Of a DNA stretch of 64,000 nt, positions 58,683 through 64,000 are shown piece after piece (position 1 is the stretch's first letter; each line of letters starts with the position of its first letter). The notes beneath the pieces are model-generated. The model ran no database searches. It was not told where the DNA came from and was given only the letters and a program-made list of their open reading frames with translations. The position numbers and the translations under genes were made by a program. Source of the DNA: Candidatus Gastranaerophilales bacterium (lineage in GTDB: Bacteria > Cyanobacteriota > Vampirovibrionia > Gastranaerophilales > Gastranaerophilaceae); the NCBI GenBank assembly GCA_900766355.1, contig CAAFVD010000064.1:100585-164584 (forward strand), written 5' to 3'.

Positions 58683-59036
58683 TTATTTTTTCTCATAATC
58701 CTCAATAAAAAGCTTTGCGAATGCAATAGCTTTTTCTTTTTCATGGGACAAACTAATATGAACTTTAACCTTTATATCGGGGGTTAAAAGTCTGATTCTA
58801 GGACAACCTTTTTCATCATTATAGACTTCTATTTGAGAGATGAATATATTATCATATCCTGCAGAGGATAAAGCTTTGAATACAGCTTCTTTTGCACAAA
58901 ATCTTGCTGCAAAATGTGGAGCAGGATTTCTTTTAGACATACAATATTCTATTTCCAAAGGTGAAAATACACGCTCATAAAAAGCCTGTTCTTTATCCTT
59001 AAATCTTGAAATATCTTCTATATCTACACCTATCAT
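58683..59036 (-). CDS. acpS: Holo-[acyl-carrier-protein] synthase
   Basis: 117 aa. MIGVDIEDISRF...EAVFKAL. Confidence 0.85.
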   Translation of the reverse strand: MIGVDIEDISRFKDKEQAFYERVFSPLEIEYCMSKRNPAPHFAARFCAKEAVFKALSSAGYDNIFISQIEVYNDEKGCPRIRLLTPDIKVKVHISLSHEKEKAIAFAKLFIEDYEKK

Positions 59037-59105
59037 AAAAGTATTATATAAAAAAAGAAGGACTTATAAAAGCCCTTCTTTCTTTATGTTAATTTGTTAT
59101 TCTAT

Positions 59106-60434
59106 TTAATGAATAAAACGTAAATAAACATATACTGAACATAGTGCCAAAGATACGAATGTTACTAGGATACCGTATCCAAGGTATTTCATAAATTCAA
59201 TTTTATGTCCTCTTGCCGCAGCTGCTTCTGTAACAATAACATTTGCTGCAGCACCGATGATTGTCATGTTTCCACCTAAACAAGCACCTAATGATAAACA
59301 CCACCATAGAGGGAATGCATAATCAGCACCCATTTGAGATTGTATAGTCGCAATCATTGGAGCCATTGTAGCAGTGTAAGGAATATTATCTATAATACCT
59401 GACAATATACCTGAACCCCATAGAATAACCATTGCAGTTGCAGATTCAGAACCATGAGTTACATTTAATAACCATTTAGCCATAACTGCAATACCACCTG
59501 AAGCTTCTAAACCACCGATAATGATAAATAAACCGATGAAGAAGAAAATTGTAGTCCATTCTACAGATTCAAGAATTTTGGTAGGTTTTTCAAATAATAA
59601 CAATACACTCGCACCTAACATAGCGCATACGCAAGTTTGGATATGAGTAATATCGTGAGTAACAAAACCTAAAATAACTAAGAATAAAACAATTAAAGAA
59701 CGAATCATTAAGTTTTTATCAGTAATTGTTTTAGAGTTGTCTAATTGTGCAACTTCAGCCATTCTTTCAGGAGTTGCAACCATTTGTTTTCTATAAATGA
59801 ATAACATTATAGATACAACAACTAAGAAGATTACAGTAACGATACCTGTTAATTCATTTAAGAAATCCATGAATGAGAAACCAGCAGCGCTACCAATAAT
59901 GATGTTTGGTGGATCACCGATTAATGTAGCAGTACCACCTATGTTTGATGCTACAAATTCTGTAATCAAGAATGGTACAGGGTTGATGTCTAATTTTTCA
60001 GCAATAACAAATGTTACAGGCATAATAAGAATAACTGTAGTAACATTATCTAAGAATGCTGAAACAATAGCTGTAAATGCTGCTAAAGCAAATAAAATCA
60101 TTTTTGGATGACCTTTAGTCGCTTTTAACATTTCGTTAGCAACCCAGTTGAACATACCACTTTTTGTTGCAATGTTTACAATAATCATCATTGATACAAG
60201 TAAGAATATTACGTTGAAATCAACAAAATTAATGAAGTAGTGAGGGTCTAATCCCCCAGTAGCTAAAGTTTTGTTTTGGCTTAATAAACCAAGGATTAAA
60301 GTTAACGAACCTCCTAAAAGAGCAACGGTAACTTTAGGAATTTTTTCTGTCGCAATAAACACATAAGCGAGTAATAAAATTGTAGCTGAAATAGCCATCG
60401 CATTAGTGTGAATAAACGCTAATAAACTTTCCAT
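59106..60434 (-). CDS. ArsB/NhaD-superfamily permease (anion/cation transporter)
   Basis: 442 aa, ~12 TM, with the family topology of two inverted repeats. Confidence 0.7.
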   Translation of the reverse strand: MESLLAFIHTNAMAISATILLLAYVFIATEKIPKVTVALLGGSLTLILGLLSQNKTLATGGLDPHYFINFVDFNVIFLLVSMMIIVNIATKSGMFNWVANEMLKATKGHPKMILFALAAFTAIVSAFLDNVTTVILIMPVTFVIAEKLDINPVPFLITEFVASNIGGTATLIGDPPNIIIGSAAGFSFMDFLNELTGIVTVIFLVVVSIMLFIYRKQMVATPERMAEVAQLDNSKTITDKNLMIRSLIVLFLVILGFVTHDITHIQTCVCAMLGASVLLLFEKPTKILESVEWTTIFFFIGLFIIIGGLEASGGIAVMAKWLLNVTHGSESATAMVILWGSGILSGIIDNIPYTATMAPMIATIQSQMGADYAFPLWWCLSLGACLGGNMTIIGAAANVIVTEAAAARGHKIEFMKYLGYGILVTFVSLALCSVYVYLRFIH

Positions 60435-60739
60435 CTATTCTCTCCCTTTTTCTTTGTATACGGATAAATTATAAAACAAAAAAACTTTTACTTAAACAAT
60501 ACGAAATAATACATTGTAAAGAAATGTAACAGATATAGAAATTATATATACAAAATAGGCAATTATTATTTCTGAAAATACTTTATATAAATATAGAGTA
60601 TAAAAAGAAGAAACATGACACGAGGAAAGCCCGAAATAAAACGGGACGAGGACTAGAGAAAAAGACACAGTTTCTTTCTACACACACTACACTTCACAGA
60701 AAATTTTCAGAGCCCAAAAGGCTCTTTTTTTTATGCAAA

Positions 60740-61165
60740 TTATTTTTTGAACCAATTTAGTAATTTAGAACTGATTTTAGCAAATATTGACCTTGGTTTT
60801 ATCGTTTGTTGTTCTGAAGAAATTGAAGTGCTTTTAGCAATATTACCATACATTTTGCCTATTGATTGCTGAGCGGATTCATAAACTCTTTTAGAAATAG
60901 TTTTGTTATCTGCGTTTTTGTCTAATAAAATACAATCAAAACCATGAAAGATTCTGTTGTTTACTTTTTTGCTTGTCATCGTAACAAAAGAATTATTTCT
61001 TGGTAAATATTTGGAATCATCTTTTATGTAGGTTCTTATTTTATCAACATTAGCAATCTCTGCAAGCTTATTCAAGTCTTTTATATTATTAAGCTTGTTT
61101 GCTAGATTTTTATTCGTTTCAAAATTACCTGTAAAATGTTGGTTATTGATTTGTGTTCTCAACAT
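60740..61165 (-). CDS. Hypothetical protein
   Basis: 141-aa ORF. Confidence 0.3.
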   Translation of the reverse strand: MLRTQINNQHFTGNFETNKNLANKLNNIKDLNKLAEIANVDKIRTYIKDDSKYLPRNNSFVTMTSKKVNNRIFHGFDCILLDKNADNKTISKRVYESAQQSIGKMYGNIAKSTSISSEQQTIKPRSIFAKISSKLLNWFKK

Positions 61166-61317
61166 ATATATCCCTAATTTTATTAAAGTTTTCGTTTTTA
61201 GAAACTTCTTTCAAAGAAAAGACCTTCGCCCTCAACTCACTCGCGTTTGAACCTTGTCCGAACTTTGTTCGGAGGGGTTCTTCGTCCCTAGTCAAACTGA
61301 TTTATTGTTTAACAGAT

Positions 61318-61398
61318 TGTCGACGGGGGGACTTGAACCCCCACAGCTCTCGCCACATGCACCTCAAGCATGCGTGTCTACCATTCCACCACATCGAC
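61318..61398 (-). tRNA. tRNA-Leu (anticodon GAG)
   Basis: Reverse complement is GTCGATGTGGTGGAATGGTAGACACGCATGCTTGAGGTGCATG-long arm-GGGGGTTCAAGTCCCCCCGTCGACA. The acceptor stem pairs 7/7, and the anticodon loop is TTGAGGT. Confidence 0.8.
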
Positions 61399-61575
61399 TT
61401 GGCTTGTTTATTTAGTTTTCAATCTTTATTTTATTTATAGTCTCCGTGGTGGAAGTTGTCTCAAGGACAACCCTCTCGAAAAATGATACTTAATCATTTT
61501 TCATCGGCAGAGTACCACATCGACTTGGCTCGTTTAATAAAATAATTCTAACATAAATGCTAAAGTTCAAGCAAC

Positions 61576-62127
61576 TTATCTTTTTGTCAAATCTCTTAAA
61601 TAATTTCTGACACCATGTGTTAGTATCAAATCAGGTTCTCTCATGCAAAAATCATCTAATGTCATTATTCCCATTCTCGTTTGCCCTGATTCAGCATATA
61701 ATAACCCCAACATAACTTTATCTAATGGGTTTTTAGATATTTTATATCTTGAAATCATTTTTTGTTCCATCTTCATTTGTTTATAGCATTTTGCCAAGTT
61801 TTGATAGTACAAAAAATTTAATCCATATAATTTTAAAGCTCTTTCAAAACAATCTTGAGCTTCTACAGGAAATCCTAATTTCATATATACTTCGCCCAAA
61901 TTGTTGTAATATACAGAACTCGCCTGACTATTAGGGTTTAAGCTAATTGCAATCTTAAATTCTTGAATAGCCGCATAATAGCATCTTTCTCGTACATATT
62001 CCGTTCCTAAAACATTATGTCTAGATGCATTTGTAATTGCATCTATATGGAATTTATCCGGACGTTTATATCCACTCAAAAAAATGGTAGAAATTAAGAT
62101 TAATAAAACTACAAAATATTTTTTCAT
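61576..62127 (-). CDS. TPR-like repeat lipoprotein/secreted protein
   Basis: 183 aa with a signal peptide (Cys absent, so probably SPI type) and TPR-like helices. Confidence 0.5.
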   Translation of the reverse strand: MKKYFVVLLILISTIFLSGYKRPDKFHIDAITNASRHNVLGTEYVRERCYYAAIQEFKIAISLNPNSQASSVYYNNLGEVYMKLGFPVEAQDCFERALKLYGLNFLYYQNLAKCYKQMKMEQKMISRYKISKNPLDKVMLGLLYAESGQTRMGIMTLDDFCMREPDLILTHGVRNYLRDLTKR

Positions 62128-63050
62128 TATATATTAATTTCTAATCCTTCTTTTGCAAAAATCAAGTTTTCTTCCTTATATTCTTCTGCAATCAAATCAA
62201 GTTTTTCATCAGTATATGATGGTTCATAATGGAAGAATACTAAAGTTTTTGCGTTTGTTTGAACTTTCATTTCTTTTGCCATTTCAAAAGTAGAATGTCC
62301 AAATCCTTGTTTTGGTGAATATAAGTTTTGGTAATCTTCTGTTGTGTATTGAGAATCATGTATCAAGCAATCACAGTTTTTAGCAAACTTTGCAAGTTTA
62401 ACATCTCCTCCAATATAACTTTCTTTATCTGTTGCATAAACTAAAGATTTTCCTTTATATTCTATCTTATAAACAATTACCCCGTTCTGTGGGTGAGCAA
62501 ATGATTTATAGCAAGATATTATAATATCATCGTCTGAAATTTTCATTTTTTGGAAATCGCAAACATTTGTCACTATAGTTGTTAAATCTTTTTTGATTAT
62601 TATATAACTTGTTTCGTTTACATCTGAACAAACCATATCAGCAGCGATATCTGCTGCATCAAGAGGGAATGTTTTGTTAAACAAAACTTGAGCCAATTCT
62701 TCGTCTAAAGTTTCTCCTCTAGAAGGGTTGCCAAATACATTTAATCTCGTAGATGCAATATGTAGTGGAGAGAAAAACGGAATACCCATAATATGATCTT
62801 GATGAATATGGCTTAACAAAATAGCTGCTACAACAGGTTTTCTATTTGAAAGTGTAGTTCCAGAATTGATGTATTCTTTCATCAATTCTTCTCCTAGAGA
62901 TATAAGTCCTGTACCTGCATCAAGTATTATTAATCTGCCATCAATATTGACTTCGACACAAGATGTGTTTCCTCCATATTCTAAAAAACGTTCATTTGCT
63001 ACAGGATAGCTTCCTCTAACACCACGAAATCTGATTGTAAAATTTTTCAT
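62127..63050 (-). CDS. Metallo-beta-lactamase-fold hydrolase
   Basis: 307 aa. HIHQDH (HxHxDH) plus downstream His/Asp ligands. Confidence 0.7.
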   Translation of the reverse strand: MKNFTIRFRGVRGSYPVANERFLEYGGNTSCVEVNIDGRLIILDAGTGLISLGEELMKEYINSGTTLSNRKPVVAAILLSHIHQDHIMGIPFFSPLHIASTRLNVFGNPSRGETLDEELAQVLFNKTFPLDAADIAADMVCSDVNETSYIIIKKDLTTIVTNVCDFQKMKISDDDIIISCYKSFAHPQNGVIVYKIEYKGKSLVYATDKESYIGGDVKLAKFAKNCDCLIHDSQYTTEDYQNLYSPKQGFGHSTFEMAKEMKVQTNAKTLVFFHYEPSYTDEKLDLIAEEYKEENLIFAKEGLEINI

Positions 63051-63159
63051 GCCAGCCCTCTTTTATTTGTTTACTGAGTTTATTATACATTATTTCTTTT
63101 TATAACAAAAGAGGCTGACAAAAAGTCACCCTCTTTTGTTCTTATTCTTAATATAATTG

Positions 63160-63558
63160 CTAACATGTGAATGATGCACAGCTAACGCCACCGCTTCCGC
63201 AACCTCCACCAGAGAATGATGCGACTGCACCACCTCCTCCTGATGGTGTTGTAGAAACTCCTGAGAAGTCACAACCTCCGATGCTTGCAATAGAGCCAGC
63301 CGTTTCAGAAGAAGAACCCTCTGCAATATTTGCGTATTGACTGTAATCAATAACAACAGGTGATGAAAAATCACAACTGTCATAGTTTATATTTTTATCA
63401 AAAATAGTTGCATTGTGTCCAACAATAATACTAGGATATGATGATGCAACAGTTCCTGCAGCTTCTACATCTGGGTTATATGCTGATTGGGTCAATGTTC
63501 CAAAAGTTTGTTCGCCAGATTTGTAGTGCTGAGTAAATCCAAGTGCCATATTTAACAT
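63160..63558 (-). CDS. Hypothetical protein with Gly/Ser/Cys-rich C-terminal tail
   Basis: 132 aa ending ...SGGGGAVASFSGGGCGSGGVSCASFTC. The region is locally GC-rich, which explains the overlapping shadow ORF 63126..63383. Confidence 0.4.
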   Translation of the reverse strand: MLNMALGFTQHYKSGEQTFGTLTQSAYNPDVEAAGTVASSYPSIIVGHNATIFDKNINYDSCDFSSPVVIDYSQYANIAEGSSSETAGSIASIGGCDFSGVSTTPSGGGGAVASFSGGGCGSGGVSCASFTC

Positions 63559-63632
63559 CCTCTCATCGTTACAATTAAATAAAGTTTTTTTAGAAACTGT
63601 AATTTCAAAGATTAAAATATGTGTTACAACTC

Positions 63633-63908
63633 TTAATATTTATGCTTATCGTTTTTGTGAATCCATTCATAGATTCTAGTATTCTCATACCAATAACAAT
63701 ATTTGTCAGCAATAGGTTCTATAATAACAAACAAGGCTGCAAGGATTTTTAAAGAAATTCCTCCTAGATGGATAACTCCCATAGCTACAACATATACCAT
63801 TAACGCATAAGCAAGTCTTGAATCCATGTGAGAAGCTATAATAGACCAATATTTACATATATAAACTGATATTAAACACCCAAGAATTAAAGCTATAACT
63901 TTTCTCAT
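63633..63908 (-). CDS. Small membrane protein
   Basis: 91 aa with 2-3 predicted TM helices. Confidence 0.3.
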   Translation of the reverse strand: MRKVIALILGCLISVYICKYWSIIASHMDSRLAYALMVYVVAMGVIHLGGISLKILAALFVIIEPIADKYCYWYENTRIYEWIHKNDKHKY

Positions 63909-64000
63909 TTAAAAACCCCGATTTGTAATAAAAAACCGTGCCACTACCTATCGGCAGGTAACAATACGTCCTTAGAACTTATCATCTCCTCCTCAATGAT

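Noticed and set aside
61436-61545. Possible second tRNA next to tRNA-Leu
   Set aside because: It contains tRNA-like pieces, a D-arm-like stretch and the duplicated acceptor segment. It has no T-loop (GTTCRANY) or coherent cloverleaf on either strand.
63126-63383. 85-aa ORF overlapping the Gly/Cys-rich protein in another frame
   Set aside because: The locally GC-rich sequence opens multiple frames. The longer 132-aa frame has a plausible start and the compositional logic.
1-64000. CRISPR arrays / IS elements / integrases
   Set aside because: No regularly spaced direct repeats with unique spacers. No transposase or integrase-like ORFs or terminal inverted repeats were recognised by eye.

Overview
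The window is AT-rich bacterial chromosome from a diderm organism. The evidence for a diderm is a TolC/AcrB/AcrA-type RND efflux operon, PdxJ, an MCE-family protein, a lytic transglycosylase, a flagellin gene and a PilD prepilin peptidase. The lineage cannot be assigned from sequence alone. pheT is not linked to pheS, and the DAHP synthase is the Thermotoga/Bacillus type, so a Melainabacteria-like or other uncultured low-GC lineage is possible.

The core gene content is housekeeping: serS, pheT, lepA, mutS2, pth, recN, ispF, acpS, pdxJ, rpsU, aroF-type DAHP synthase and pheA. Two tRNAs (Ser-GCU and Leu-GAG) lie on the minus strand.

The most interesting locus is at 22.7-25.0 kb (minus strand). 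A 107-aa ORF carries five tandem PLAG[IKL]I[ATV]PP repeats, which are also visible as a DNA-level tandem repeat. It sits 22 nt upstream of a compact radical SAM/SPASM enzyme (Cx3Cx2C plus Cx2Cx5Cx3C) and is followed by a membrane-anchored HExxH protein. This is the architecture of a RiPP (ribosomal peptide) maturation cluster. It resembles the epipeptide YydF/G/H logic but has no cysteine or aromatic residues in the repeats.

A second notable locus at 39.5-41.2 kb is a metal-homeostasis module. It contains a CsoR/RcnR-family repressor, a CDF exporter and a signal-peptide-bearing metallothionein-like protein with 24 Cys, preceded by a GC-rich pseudo-palindrome.

The 43.6-58.7 kb stretch looks accessory. 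It contains many hypothetical ORFs, a calpain-like Cys protease, a (Pro-Ala)24 repeat protein, a lone flagellin with a long 5' region, a HydE-like radical SAM and an orphan CpaE/TadZ-like ATPase. It also holds a tightly operator-flanked promoter driving a small unknown gene.

All functional calls are from motif recognition by eye. No database searches were possible.
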